Positions 12,082 to 26,168 of a DNA stretch of 64,000 nt are shown piece after piece. Source of the DNA: Octopus bimaculoides (lineage: Eukaryota); contig NC_069003.1 of the NCBI RefSeq assembly GCF_001194135.2, positions 28,985,014 to 29,049,013 of the forward strand. The letters run 5' to 3'. The position numbers were made by a program, and so were the translations under genes. How positions within the stretch are numbered: the stretch's first letter is position 1; each line of letters starts with the position of its first letter. A model generated the notes under the pieces. It did no database searches. It was not told the origin of the DNA and saw only the letters and a program-made list of their open reading frames with translations.

Positions 12082-12399
12082 TTTAAAAGATGTATTTCTA
12101 ATACATAATTTCAAATTGTTACTATTGATAAACAAAGATGTTTTTCGAATTCATAACTTTAAACCTTTGCCATTTATAAACAAAAGGTATTGTTGAAACT
12201 AGTTTGATATATATGTAATGTATTTTAAACATTTACGAGTTTTTTGAAATTTAGTTGCATTTTCAACAACACATTTTCCTGTATATATAATTTCTATACG
12301 GAGCAAATAATTCACGGCAAAATATAATTCAGGGGAAAATAACTTTCACACTGGTGGTTGCCATGATTCTGCCCAAAACGAATTAGTTGCACACCCTTA

Positions 12400-12830
12400 T
12401 TGCAGCAGGCCTTGGGATTTTCTCAGCCCTGTAAAAGTATTCAGAAGGTTGAGCCTCCAGCCAGGCTTTTCCCCATACCCTTTATAACAGAAAACTTTCA
12501 GCATACCCCCTTACATCGTGATAGGGATTCAAATTTTGCTACAGCGAGAAAACCATTATGTGAACTGTACAACAAGCCCTGAGGAAATAATCAATAGCAA
12601 CATGCAATGCATAAAGTTACATATTCTTTCCACACAAACGATGAAATATTCTAAAAAAAATATGTGCTGTACATATGTTTCATTCTAAGTTTCATGGCCA
12701 TCAATTAATAAGAACCTATGTTCTCTATCATTTCTATCTACGATGGGGTCTATGGTGAGACTCTGCAGTTAATACACATTTGATATTTTAAAGCCAATAT
12801 CTGAAGCTTTCTCCATTTGAACTGCATAGG
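12400..12830 (-). mobile_element. Possible hAT (Buster/Charlie-like) transposase relic
   Basis: Minus fragments YAVQMEKASDIG (~12790-12825) and RCKGVC* (~12498-12516) loosely resemble FAxQLDESTD and CVGICTDG; spacing longer than typical. Confidence 0.25.
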
Positions 12831-15607
12831 TGTCATTATTAAAACCTGGCATAAATTCAGGTAATCATATATCGTGACAGGATAGTTGTGAATAATAATT
12901 ATTTGTTCAATATCATACAGCGCAATGTTGCGAACTTCTTAAGGTATTTTAGGCCCTACTATAACATTCTTTATGAATTACTGCTCAAAATGCCGCTTGG
13001 TGCACAAAGAGCGTATATAATGGACACAATTCTAAGTTGGTGAGAATTTCTAACTTCAATAGATTCCTATATGCATTACCCGTTTCTCATCGTTATTCAA
13101 CAAATCTGCAAATGCTGCTTTCTGTGCTGTGAACACGATTGTCATAAATGCGAATGTTTCCAAAGCTTTGTATCTCTTTTTGCATGCGATAATCCTAGAC
13201 TGAAGTAAAATATCTCAGTTTACTGCATATATTAGAGGGATTATTTTTGATCTTCTCTCTTTGTTCTGTGTTTCCATGTTGCTATATTTTTGTCAAGAAT
13301 ATAAAGGTAAAAGAAACCGTGGAGTATAAATACAATATCACAAAAAAAGAAAACCAGCTCGTATTTAGTTTACGCCATACCGTAAAAAGATATGTTTTGA
13401 TTTGAGCATTTTAAAAGGCCGCAATATCAGAATCGAAAGTAAATTGATGCTGTAGATATACTAGAAATACGGTACATGTAACGTATCGTGCATTTTGCAT
13501 TTCAGCAATATCTGCGCTCTACCTAAAAATCTAATATGACAAATATTCATGTACTGCATAAATTAATCATGCATACATGTTTTAGTGCTTAAGCACAGTA
13601 TTTATTATTTATGCATGAAATTTAAAACATGTTACAGGGATTTTAAGGAAAACTACATTATAGAGTCGATATGTCCGTGGCAGTGGAATCTAAGTCGTTA
13701 TATATTTATTGCTTTGGTAAAATTTTATTATCAACCCGATGACTCTCACTATAGTTTCATTTATAGAGTGCTTCTCACTCTACATTAGCTGCTGTCAACT
13801 CTGAAGTTGTATCGAATTTCTTTGCTCCATTTATTACTGTTCAAACAAAATGCAATGATATTTGCCTCAACACAGTTTCTATGAATTTGTCATTTCCTTT
13901 TTAGTTCTTGTTTCTCATTTGTTTTCTTTTTTTTTTTTTACGTTGCTCCGATTTGAAGTCTCTGCAAGCACATATTTTGGAATTTCAGTGCAGTCATTAG
14001 AAAGTGTCTTTGTATTTAAAATGATGAGAATATGAATATGATGCATTTCTAGTTTCTGTAATTCGATAGAATAACAGAATGTCAAGTTCTAACCGTGTAA
14101 TTGCGCGTTGAATTAATTTAAGTTTCAAAATTCGTGTTATCAAAAGCGAATAATCTGAAGCAGGATGTTAGGGCAATGGTTTACGTTTCAAATACAATTT
14201 CTCTCAGTGGTAGGTTTGAATATATATCAGTATAATAAAAGGGATCAAACGTTTGGTATTTCGGCATCATTGAAATTGCCCTGTGGTAAAATTGCTTCAA
14301 TTTCGAAGGCGATCCCTAAAATGAAGATAGAGGTATCACAGCAACTGTTTTGTAATTCTGTTTCTAAACGGTACCAAAATAATCGACACGTCCTTTTGCA
14401 ATTTACTACATTCAGCTACGCCTGGCGACATGTAATATTGTCCATGTTCTTAATTTATGCCTGTAAATGGCTGTTCATACAATGCTGGAAAACTTTGTCA
14501 TCATGCCAAGTGGAATTCAATTAATCACTCAGCACATTTTCTTATGTATGTTTCGCACGATTATTAACATGTTGCGACATTATCTCTTATTCTTCTCACA
14601 ACAAGAGACCCATTATATTGCCAGCCTGCTTCAACGCATTATGGAATGCGTCAATGTCTCCAGAATTCTGTTTAAAATACAATTATTGTTAGGGTCTTCA
14701 GCTAGATTTCTTGGATAAGCGCCCTGGCATTATGCCTGCAATAACAATACCATTACCACTTCATACACAGTTTGTAAATTATAGCTTCTCCTATCAACAC
14801 ATTCTTATGCTGCAACACCACGCGACTCTAAAGGCTTCACTTCTTTTTCTATTGTTCGTGCTTCATCTCGGCTTCCTATTCTCGTAGCTGTTTCTACGCC
14901 ATGGGTATCATTAGGCACAAAACATTTTCTCTAATAATTCTATGCATTTTGACCCCCTATTCAGGAATAGAACGTCAATTAACTCAATGATTAAGCATAA
15001 TCTCTCCACTCACCATTAGCTCGATAACATATATCGAAACAAAATGTCTTTCATGTCTTGAAAGGTGCATATTAAAAATGCAATTAATTTACGCAAGCAC
15101 TTAAAAACAAGAGAAATCTCCTTAATGTGGTTCAGATATATGGCCCTCGATTAAGATACAGGGTGTCGCAAAATCAACTATCTATTTCAATGAAATCGGG
15201 CCGAGTCCTATGTTTATTATTTAATATGATTCGAAAACAAATAGATTTAGAAATTTCACGTCAAAACTTTATCGATCATTTTCAATTTTACCTCCGTCTG
15301 TATTCCTGGAAATTACAAAACTAGCATAAGTGTTGCGAAATACACTTCCAAACATTTCTTGAGTTATATACTGCGCTGCTAATTGAATGCATTCTTTAAG
15401 TTCAGCTTAACTATTGACACATCCTGAGAATGGCGGTAGAGAGAATGATTGCAGCGAAATTGAAAAAAACTGTTGTGGAGAGAAAAGCGGGACCCAACAC
15501 CAATGAAGAAAAAATTATAAAAGAGATTATAAAAATTATAAAGTTATAAACAAAACAACAAATTATAGATTGTTAACACACTTTATAAGTAATAAACATA
15601 AATAAAA

Positions 15608-15811
15608 GAACTGCTAAGTTATGGGGACGTAAAAACACCAACTTCAGTCGTCAAGCGATGGTGGTGTGGGACAGTCTACCGAATCCACTCACAAGGCTTT
15701 GGTCGATCCAAGGCAAGAGTAGAACATATTTGCCCAAGGTGCAGTGGGACTGAATACGGTGTCAAGTGATTGAGAAGCAAGCTTCTTACCACGCAGTCAC
15801 TCCAACGCCTA
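15608..15811 (-). mobile_element. SINE family B, internally deleted copy
   Basis: RC has head, aagccttgtgagtggattcggtagac, then jumps to catcgcttgacgac..tttacgtccccataacttagcag. Confidence 0.8.
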
Positions 15812-16234
15812 GTATTTACTATTCTTTGATAAAGTTTTTAAAAAAACTACACAAACATATGAAGCAAGAGAGAGAAAATGAAGTCATATCACGAATATTA
15901 TTTTATGACTTCCTGTGCAAATCTAGTCTTCATTATCACGCCCCCACAAACATCTTTGATACGTTAACTTTACTTCTCCCTACTCATATATTTCTGATTT
16001 ATTCCTCATCTTTTTTCTTCGAACACCTTATTCTTTATTCCGTTGATACACATGATACTGTTCTCACTCGGTCTTGGTTTCCGCCACATTCTCTAATGAG
16101 AGTAAAAGCATACCTACATACATACATATGTACACATACTGCTCGTGACTGGATGCCATCTAAAACAATACGCCTATATGTACATACATGCATACACATA
16201 TATACATACACACATAAACACAGACAGACACATC

Positions 16235-16279
<45 letters not shown>

Positions 16280-16516
16280 CATATATATATATTTATATAC
16301 ATGTATATATACATATATATATATATACACGTACTATATTTATATACACATATATATGCATATATGTTTATAGGTATATATATATGTATGTATATATATG
16401 TATATATGTGTATGTGTGTGTATATATATATATATATNNNNNNNNNNNNNNNNNNNNNNNNNNNNNNNNNNNNNNNNNNNNNNNNNNNNNNNNNNNNNNN
16501 NNNNNNNNNNNNNNNN

Positions 16517-16559
<43 letters not shown>

Positions 16560-17379
16560 AGATAGATAGATAGATAGATATTCGTACTTGGATTTACTTA
16601 TCTAGTTTCTCAACGATGGAAGTTGTGTTGGCTTCCAGCCTAAAGCAAGACTTTCACTGGAAATTAAACATCATGCGATATGGAATTGTATGTAACTATG
16701 CATAGTGTGTACAACTGCATGCAAGTATATCTGTGTACATATGTATATGTTCCTTCACCCCGTTATAATCTATCAATGCTTGTGATATATATATGTCTAT
16801 AGATATATTTGTAAACATAGGCACAAGAATGGATAACGTACCATATGTATAATTAAAGGGATGCTGAGCTTCATGAGCGTTTTGTATAATCTGACAATAT
16901 CTTTAATAGCATGTAAATGCAATCTTCAAATTATGCGATTTTAGTTATCTTGCGTGAATTGCAGTTTCTCAAGGATACGCACACACACACACGCACACAC
17001 ACACACCGTAGAAACAGACATACATGCGTCTATGTATCTAAATGGCATGTCACTCATAGCGCTATTGGCAACGTGTAATTTATTAAAATATTATGCATAG
17101 TTGGGGATTCAGTAAAGAAACCGACATCCCTGCTGAACTTAATTCATGAGTTGGGTGGTTTTCTTTTGAGCACTTTCAGAACTACGCACAAAATCTGTAC
17201 AGTTTTGAATGTACAGAATTCAACAACCACTCAACAGCTGGGAGAAGAGACTATTAGTTTCGGACGAGCAAAAATCTGATAAAACTACTTTTGTTTGAGT
17301 CCAAGGATGTACAACCCTTTAGCATTAAAACTGGCCATGTTTGGCATAAGCATTCTATGTGTTTTATATTTCAGCTGGC

Positions 17380-17424
17380 CTACCTTACAAGATAATTCTC
17401 TCATCTACCTTACAAGATAATTCT
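17380..17424. repeat. 20-bp direct duplication ctaccttacaagataattct
   Basis: Exact copies at 17380-17399 and 17405-17424. Confidence 0.9.
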
Positions 17425-19241
17425 AAAAATAAACGATCGCATCATTGATCTATCTTGAAGCTATGAAGCAATACGTGACTAACTGAAACAATATGAATAA
17501 ATAAGCATTACATTTGACAGAGAAGTTTTAATGCTTAAGAACAATGAAGCTTCAGACGCAAGAATCGTCATTATCTATTGCATGGATACTGTAGCTGGCC
17601 GTAGAAGAAATGAGCGAGACATTCGATGAAAACATTTCTTTGACTGAACAAGTCAGATATACTCATTAGGTTGTTTTTGTACTATCTGAAATAGAATACC
17701 CGTATATCGATTAATCCCCCAAAATTGAATTAATATTAACTTTTATCAGATACTTTGTATATTCATAGATAAATATATGAATATACGATAAATAAGACCC
17801 CGTACGATATGTAGATGCTTGCACCTGATTGATTTGGAAATTTGTTTTCCCAAATTATTTATATATATATATATATACATTTATATATATATNNNNNNNN
17901 NNNNNNNNNNNNNNNNNNNNNNNNNNNNNNNNNNNNNNNNNNNNNNNNNNNNNNNNNNNNNNNNNNNNNNNNNNNNNNNNNNNNNNNNNNNNNNNNNNNN
18001 NNNNNNNNNNNNNNNNNNNNNNNNNNNNNNNNNNNNNNNNNNNNNNNNNNNNNNNNNNNNNNNNNNNNNNNNNNNNNNNNNNNNNNNNNNNNNNNNNNNN
18101 NNNNNNNNNNNNNNNNNNNNNNNNNNNNNNNNNNNNNNNNNNNNNNNNNNNNNNNNNNNNNNNNNNNNNNNNNNNNNNNNNNNNNNNNNNNNNNNNNNNN
18201 NNNNTATATATATATATATTTATATACATGTATGTATATATATAGTATATATATATATATAGTTCGTGTGTGTTTTTTATTTGCGTATACATATACATAG
18301 ATACAAGTATGTGTTTGAGTGATTTTATATGGAAAGAGTGAAAGAATGAGAGATAGTGTGACAGAGAGAGACAGAGAGTGTGAGAGAGAAAGGGAGAGAG
18401 AAAGAGAATACAGTATATAACATAATGCCTTTACGAGAAGCAATATATGAATCGTTTATCGAATTTTTATTTCAATACGTTTTATTTGCGTTTTAAGATT
18501 GCAATAAAACGAAATATAACTAGCAATTGTAATAATTCACCTCAGGTTCTCTACTCACTCGGACACGATAAATATAAATCTTCGCTGATCGAGGGGAAGA
18601 GGTAAGGACTGTCGTTGGGAAATCAGCATTTTTCCTGTAGCAACCAGAGAAATGTAGAAAGATGGTCGTGGTGGGAATAAACGTTTCAAATATCATAATC
18701 TTAAATTTCTCATTATGGATGCTTCAGTAGCTGTTACGGAAAGGATCCTTATGATATGATATCATATTTATATAGAGGTATTGTTATACTTTCTCTGGTA
18801 TATTTCCAGATATTTACAGTATCTATGAAGCAAGCTTGCATATTGTATCCGATTATGATTGTTTACGATTTAGAACACGTGAGGCTGTACACTATCTAAG
18901 GAATCTATCTTATGTGTGTATAGCAAACATTTAAAGATAAGAGCAATTGAATCGTGCATATTATATATCCTTAGAATTCATAGTTTTTTCCTCCCATAAC
19001 ACTCTCACCATGCCAATCTCTCAGCATGTATGCCTATATATATATATATATANNNNNNNNNNNNNNNNNNNNNNNNNNNNNNNNNNNNNNNNNNNNNNNN
19101 NNNNNNNNNNNNNNNNNNNNNNNNNNNNNNNNNNNNNNNNNNNNNNNNNNNNNNNNNNNNNNNNNNNNNNNNNNNNNNNNNNNNNNNNNNNNNNNNNNNN
19201 NNNNNNNNNNNNNNNNNNNNNNNNNNNNNNNNNNNNNNNNN

Positions 19242-19279
<38 letters not shown>

Positions 19280-19309
19280 CTTATACATATATGCATATGT
19301 ATACGCATA

Positions 19310-19360
<51 letters not shown>

Positions 19361-20577
19361 TTATATATGTGTCCGTGTGTGTGCATGAATGGATATATTA
19401 TATGTATAATTGTATGTTAACGTATATATAGATATATATCTACGTACATACACATGTATGCATGTGTGTGTGAGCATGGGTGTGTATATTTATGTGTGTA
19501 TTATCTAGAAATATTTCTCAGTTCATTCTATCCTGTAGCAGTGTTTCAGGTAACGTAATATTTCCTTTTATAAAGTTCATAATGCGTATCACCTCCATAC
19601 ATATATAAAGGTCTAAACATTTATTCCCAAAGCAGGAAATCTCCGATTTCATGCAAGCATTAATCTGTAATGTTTAGAGTATGCTGTGCTTTGGCAAATC
19701 TTACTTTATTTCTGTTGGAAGGGTTTACATCTACAACTGTCGTAAATGACATGTTGAGATTCTCATCCTACTAGCCACGTTTTAACAACGAAATCATTAC
19801 TATTGCACTCAATGCGTTCTCCTTTAGAACATTTATAATACATTCCACGAAGCCTACATATATGCATTATGTAGTCGCATTACTACTATAATACAAATCA
19901 CGCTTCGGATTCATGTAAGACTCTCTAATGTACAGTGAGGTAAATGCAATTGTAGTTTTCTATTCCTGATCCTTTCAAACTGTGAATTTCACTCTGACAG
20001 CAGGGAATTTGCGCGAAAGAATTAGTATGAATTACAAAGCAATAAATGTTTACATCTTGCTGATGATTGTACGCTAGCATGAAACTGGGGTCTCACTCTC
20101 TGAGAAGAAACATTTAACTGCATATTTTCACTATGACTGCCACTTCCATATGTATTATTAGTATATGATTGTATGAACATATTCAAGCATGTACCCAAGG
20201 CTCACGTACATACAGTGATATGTAGATATTTGTATATATGTGCATCTGTGTGTGTATAAATCTTTTTTACGAATCTAAACGCATTCGAGTGAAAAATCTG
20301 ATGAGGGTACGACCACAGTGGGGGCTTCATTTCTTTCTGTTATCCATAAGTTGTAAATTTATATAAATGATTTGTCAGCTCAACAAACTGGGAAGAGAAG
20401 GATTCGTTATGCGGATAGCTGGAATTTTCTTACAGAATTAATGACTTTCAAATATTTGCATTTCATTCTGTGCTGCACGCTTTTCTCCAGAGTGCGTATA
20501 TCTATCTGTCTGTATGTCCCTCTGTCTGTCTGTGTATTTATGTTTGAATGGATGTATATATTCAAACGTATACGTAT

Positions 20578-20617
<40 letters not shown>

Positions 20618-20631
20618 AACGTATACATATT

Positions 20632-20680
<49 letters not shown>

Positions 20681-21216
20681 TATAGAGAGAGAGAGAGAAA
20701 GAGAGAGAAAGAAAGAGAGATAGAGACAGATATAACATAACATATCTGTGTGTATGTATGTGGGCGTATTGCCATACATCCCACACGCATATACACGCAT
20801 ACAGTCTCAGACACGCACGCTTCATAATACCTGGAGAAACTCCCAGCGGTTCATTTCGTGATAATTTCATATTACAAAAAAAAAAAAAAAAAACAGTTCC
20901 GTTTATTTGCAATTAAAGTTTATATGTTTTCATATTTTATCGCTGTCCCAAACTCTCTCTCCCTCTCTTTTTTATCTCTCCCCTTCTCACCCGCTGTTTC
21001 CATTGATTATATTTATTTAAAAATTATCTCGTTATGAGAGCAAACTTTGACCCATTTCCATGTTGAAGTATGTGCTGGGATGGGTGATATAAAGATAATT
21101 ATCAGGAAATTGAGTTTTCTGCGCATATGAAATGAGTGGAAGACAATGTTGAGGTCGGTATGGGTGTGTGTATGCATGTATGTATGCATACAAACGCATT
21201 CGCTGATATGTGTGTG

Positions 21217-21249
<33 letters not shown>

Positions 21250-21384
21250 NNNNNNNNNNNNNNNNNNNNNNNNNNNNNNNNNNNNNNNNNNNNNNNNNNN
21301 NNNNNNNNNNNNNNNNNNNNNNNNNNNNNNNNNNNNNNNNNNNNNNNNNNNNNNNNNNNNNNNNNNNNNNNNNNNTTTGTATGA

Positions 21385-21432
<48 letters not shown>

Positions 21433-21494
21433 GCATGCTTGTATTTATATATGTATATATATGTATCCATGTATATGTATATATATATTACACA

Positions 21495-21660
21495 TTCTTA
21501 ATTCTCTCTCCCTATTTCATTCTGTGTTCCTTTCTGTAGAAGAGCGTTGGCTCGAAACGTTAAAGACTTTTTCACTTCCCGAGCGTTAAACTAATACATC
21601 TCTTTGTTGTCTACACCACCTGTCTTCGTCTTTTTTTTTCTTTGTGAATTCTCCATATAT
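21495..21660 (+). mobile_element. Penelope-terminus-like short element between TA tracts, carrying HHR-like motif
   Basis: Contains motif 21530-21565; pyrimidine-rich 3' end running into (TA)n. Confidence 0.55.
21530..21565 (+). ncRNA. Minimal type I hammerhead-like motif, variant core CUGUAGA
   Basis: CUUU-CUGUAGA-a-GAGC-guug-GCUC-GAAA-CG-UU-AAAG: helix I CUUU/AAAG, helix II GAGC/GCUC, palindromic ACGU helix III, GUU triplet; A6 is U. Confidence 0.6.
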
Positions 21661-21884
21661 ATATACGAGTGATTCCTCCCTATGCCTGTTGTCCCCTACG
21701 TCCCTGCCGTAAGGCTTCACTTCCACACACGCCAGTTTAATTTAATTTGTACTTAGTCGAAAGACACCTGTTGTAATTGTCTTTTTTTTTTTGCATTTGT
21801 ATACCATTTCTACGTTTTACCGTCATTGTTTTCATATACATCGCTGCTTGCTTCCAAGAAATCTAGTGCCCTTAGCTTAGCTTT

Positions 21885-22045
21885 TACTTGGGGCTAGCCA
21901 GATTGGAACGATCTCGAGTATAACCAGCCGAAATTGCAAAGATAATCTGGAACTCGACTGAAGAAAGAAAACTCCGAATGACCCGTCCTTTTTTCTTTGT
22001 ATCATATGTCTGGATGTTTTGCATTCTTGTCCAATTTTTGGTATT
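21885..22045 (+). repeat. Dispersed repeat (second copy 41735-41895)
   Basis: Shared gaaattgcaaagataa(t/c)ctggaactcga..aaagaaaactccga..tgtctggatgttttgc. Confidence 0.8.
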
Positions 22046-22049
22046 GCTT

Positions 22050-22050
<1 letters not shown>

Positions 22051-22090
<40 letters not shown>

Positions 22091-22129
22091 GTAGATAGAT
22101 AGGTAGATAGGTAGATAGGNNNNNNNNNN

Positions 22130-22196
<67 letters not shown>

Positions 22197-22228
22197 GTAG
22201 ATAGATAGGTAGATAGGTAGATAGGCAG
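22051..22228. repeat. (GATA)n/(GGTA)n microsatellite with small gap
   Basis: Direct reading. Confidence 0.95.
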
Positions 22229-23867
22229 TTAGATAGATATATGTCTGTATGGTTTCAATCCGAAAGTCTTTCGTTTTAATAATGTGTGTTAGATGGAGAG
22301 AGCAGTTAGAAGAACGTTGTGTCCTGAATACATGAATAAATTCAGAAATTTGTCAGTAAAAATGTTAAACATTGAAATTCCTAATTCATAAGGTTCTTTT
22401 TCTTTTTGATATAGCTCAGCTGTTATCAAACACCATAATAATAACTATAAACCGTTTTCTTAACGTAATATTTGCTCTTGTAATCGGTTGTTTTACTATG
22501 TTTCTGCTAACTGTAAAAGGACATCTGTGAATCATATTATTTTCGAAATTATAGACCATTTTAAACAGATACTTCTTCTAAAAGATGACGGAAATATCTC
22601 AGCTGAACAGAAGCCTGCATTTGAACTCTAACTTCATAAGCAATTAAGGTAATAATTCAGATTCAATGAAATGTAAAAGGTTTTTCAAAGCGGTTTATTT
22701 TGTTTAAATACATGTTGCCAAAAATTTCTAATACAGCGTTCAACATTAATCAAAATAAAAGCTTAATTCCACAGGTTTATAATTAGGAAAAGGACAGTTT
22801 TCTTTGTGTCCTTTTTAGTTCGACAGGTGAAGTTGGAAAATAACTTGACTACCAGATTCACCTTTATCAAAATACTGCCACCGTACATGAGTTCACAAAA
22901 TATCTTGAACGAACTTCTGTTTCTAAACATGTAGCTTCGGGTATGGATTATTGTGATGCAAAGTATCATAAAATCGATGAATTATGAAGTTATTTACGAT
23001 CTTTGTCAATGAAAGATGACGGGAAAAGATTTAAATAATTGCCTGAAGTCGTGGATGTTTCATTTGTGATTCTACGCAAATGCTTAAAGAAAAGGTGAAT
23101 TCGATTGAGTTAAGGTTAACAAAACTCCAAATTTTGCTTAAGGCAGAGGGCGCATTCTTTTCACCTATTACAATAAAAATCGGAGATGTACGGTAATTCT
23201 ATAAATATTAGAAACCAAGATCCAACATATACTCCAAAAGAAGACAAACATTGAGTATAAGACTGAACAGAGTAAATGTTTAACAATTTATTTTTCTATA
23301 TTTTTGTGGTAGAGTATTCGACGTGACTGTTAAATAATGACTAAATATAATGTAAATAAATTAACGATAATGTTATGTCCATTATGTATGCTAAAACTCC
23401 GTATCTCCATTTACGACTGTAAATGTTTCGATCTAATTTATAGGTATAACATAATAAGTGCAACATTCTGATGCTAAAACACTCGTGGTTTTTAAATACA
23501 AGTCGCCATGTATATCATAGTATATGTAGTTATGCCATATCACCTTGAAAGCAATCTGTTTTGCCTGATTTTAAAGGAAATAAATATCAGATTATAGCAG
23601 TCCTTTGAGGTTTTATTCGGTAATCTTGTAGTTAATAGCGAGGCCATTAAATCCCTGTTCATCTGTAATCACTAGGGTCTCATGACGACAGGGTTTGGCC
23701 CCAGCCTATTTATAGAACTTCTTGGTTGTTCTCATGGCTTAAATTAGAGTTGATTGAACGAAACTATGGTCACCAAAATTCTAGCCTTGAGCATCCTGTA
23801 TAAACAGTGATAGTTTAACTCGGAGTACAATACTCAGTAACATAATGAGTATTACCTGTATTTTAAA

Positions 23868-24035
23868 GGGCCATCCTTGTCAAATGCTTTGTTATGTTGA
23901 CTATCCTTGACAACCACGTTAATGATATGCATGTCAGTGGAGTACTCAGCTACTTGCACGTCACTTTCACGAGCAGGTTGTTCCGTTGATCAGACCAATT
24001 GGGACTCTCGCCGTCGTAACCGATGATGTGTCACA
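23868..24035 (+). mobile_element. Isolated, decayed SINE tail T1
   Basis: gtggagtactcagctacttgcacgtcactttcacgagcaggttgttccgttgatc matches 2036-2090. Confidence 0.75.
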
Positions 24036-24474
24036 ATATTCAGTGTATCCTTGTTGCTTTTATAAAAAATGAATTAATATATTGCTGTTATTTCTAGCAG
24101 GATATACCACTATGCCAACATATCGCCTAATTACATTGTCAACACGGGTGTTGTGTATAATCAATAAGAAAATAATTAATCTTTTGTGGTTTACTTCTAG
24201 TATTTTTTTTAGAATGACGCTCATGCGTACCAGATTATTTTCTTAATTATATTGAAAATCTCATTAGACAGCCAACTAGTTTCGGAAAAAACGTTGAACT
24301 CACGTAGCAAAGAATGAATTCTGTCACTTTTTACTTTTTACATCCCTGCCGATCCTCTTTCTTCTAGAAAAGACCCACTTTAATATACGTCGGGGTAGAC
24401 ATGTCTTTTAAGTATCTGAGTGTGTTAATTAACTGCCATGATACATGCCATGTACTGTTCTCTCTACTTTCCTG

Positions 24475-24515
24475 TATCTATCTATCTATCTATCTATCAA
24501 TCAATCAATCAATTA

Positions 24516-24593
<78 letters not shown>

Positions 24594-24605
24594 TTATCTA
24601 TCTAA
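24475..24605. repeat. (TCTA)n/(TCAA)n microsatellite
   Basis: Direct reading. Confidence 0.95.
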
Positions 24606-24787
24606 CTACTACCTATGTACCTATCTGTCTGACTATCAGTCATTGCCGTTTGTCCATATATCTAAATTCATAGCCGGTTGTCTATTTATGTATCAATCAA
24701 TCAATCTATCAGGTTACGTATCTATCTCCCTTCTGTTTCTTTTCTTCTGTTTCTCCTCATCTTCTTTCCTTCTCTTTCTCCTCATTG

Positions 24788-24830
<43 letters not shown>

Positions 24831-25765
24831 CTCTCTGTGTGCTCCTTCTCTCTATCTCCCTCTTCGTTTCTCTCTAGCTATTTCATGCACACACATAGCA
24901 GCCAATCCTATGTGTGTCTGTATATGTAAGTATGCATTATTTATATCGTCAACGACAGATGAGCTGGCTTAGAGGATCTTTTGATATATGCTTTTGAACG
25001 TTTTCCTTTTCAATTATTCGGTCCTAACTTAGATCGTGAACTGCCATGTCGCATTTAGCTTTTAACGTCAAGACTGACATTGACGTGATACAAAAATCAA
25101 TACAGATATTAACAGTGATGCAAGATCGGCATCCAAGCATGCCTGCATAGAAACATATATACATACATACATACATACATAGATGCAGACATACACTCAT
25201 GCATGCATACAAAACGTACCAGTCACAATCGACGAGATCAAAGATACCAAAAAATCACTGAGTATAATGAGAAAGATAGAACTGAAAGAACATTAGGCAG
25301 AGGAATTTATTTAGCAACAAACCTGCTGCTATGCTTTCGAGAACTAGATCATTCCCTTGCAGATTTATTTACGGTTTTAATAAAGGAAAATATCTCCGAA
25401 GAATAGGAAAAATTAAGACACTGTCATTGAAACTGTCTTTATGGAATTTCACGCCCACGAACATAATTTGTTATTTATCTTTCCTTTGTTACAATCAATC
25501 GACTGCGACAATGCACCGTCGAACAAATCCACTCCAGTAATCATTATTTTGAAGTCTGGTACTGAATGTGTCGGTCCATGCTTTTTTACTGAGCCTCAAT
25601 TGTTACGAGGACAAAAATTAACTAACAGTGGTCAGCTAGCGATAGTGGGAAACAAACTCACTAGCACACATAGAAACATGCTCCGACATACATGTATGAC
25701 AGGTTTTTTTTAGTTCCCACATACCAAATGCACTCTTAGATTTGGCTAGCCCGAGTTTAAAGGAG

Positions 25766-25923
25766 AAAATATTTACATTATTTACATTATTTACATTTGA
25801 CGGATATTTCTCCTCATCTTGTTTGATGTTAACGCAACGTTTCGGCTGATATACCCTCCAGCTTTCATCAGGTGTCTTGGGGAAATTACGAAATTGGTTT
25901 CTCATTCCCAAGGTATTTTTAGA

Positions 25924-25959
<36 letters not shown>

Positions 25960-26072
25960 CATTATTATTATTATTATCTTATTATTATTATTATTATTCA
26001 GGTTACTGCCAGGAATCGAACTCGGAATTTTGGGGTTAGTAGCTCGCGTTCTTATCCACTACGCCATATGCC
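25766..26072 (-). mobile_element. Composite SINE-like unit: tRNA-like Pol III head + (TAA)n + hammerhead-containing PLE-type tail + 9-mer tandem end + T4
   Basis: A box TGGCGTAGTGG and B box GAGTTCGATTCC in 26072-25998; (TAA)n 25998-25926; HHR 25876-25831; (aatgtaaat)x3 25797-25771; first TTTT at 25769-25766. Confidence 0.7.
25831..25876 (-). ncRNA. Minimal type I hammerhead ribozyme motif
   Basis: GACAC-CUGAUGA-a-A-GCUG-gaggguauau-CAGC-C-GAAA-CG-UU-GCGUU; intact CUGAUGA/GAAA core; A10.1-C11.1 and one helix I mismatch. Confidence 0.75.
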
Positions 26073-26084
26073 TGTGGGAAAATA

Positions 26085-26168
26085 TCTATCTGAGTTGAGA
26101 CACCATTGGAATGAACCCAGAACCATATGATTGTGAAGCAATCGTCATACTACTAAGACACAGCTTTT
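26085..26168 (-). mobile_element. Decayed family B SINE head directly upstream of the composite unit
   Basis: RC gctgtgtcttagtagtatgacgattgcttcacaatcatatggttctgggttcattcc. Confidence 0.5.

Noticed and set aside
18546-18601. Candidate 56-nt exon (cag|..VLYSLGHDKYKSSLIEGK..|gtaagg)
   Set aside because: Weak polypyrimidine tract, no recognisable protein, no partner exons.
20056-20097. CUGAUGA..GAAAC..GUC
   Set aside because: Helix I does not pair and 10.1/11.1 is U-U; compatible with chance.
21955-21990. CUGAAGA..GAAU..GUC in the 21.9/41.7-kb repeat
   Set aside because: GAAA core and helices II/III not satisfied.
25998-26072. Functional tRNA gene
   Set aside because: Acceptor and anticodon stems do not pair; all tRNA-like heads here are SINE-derived.
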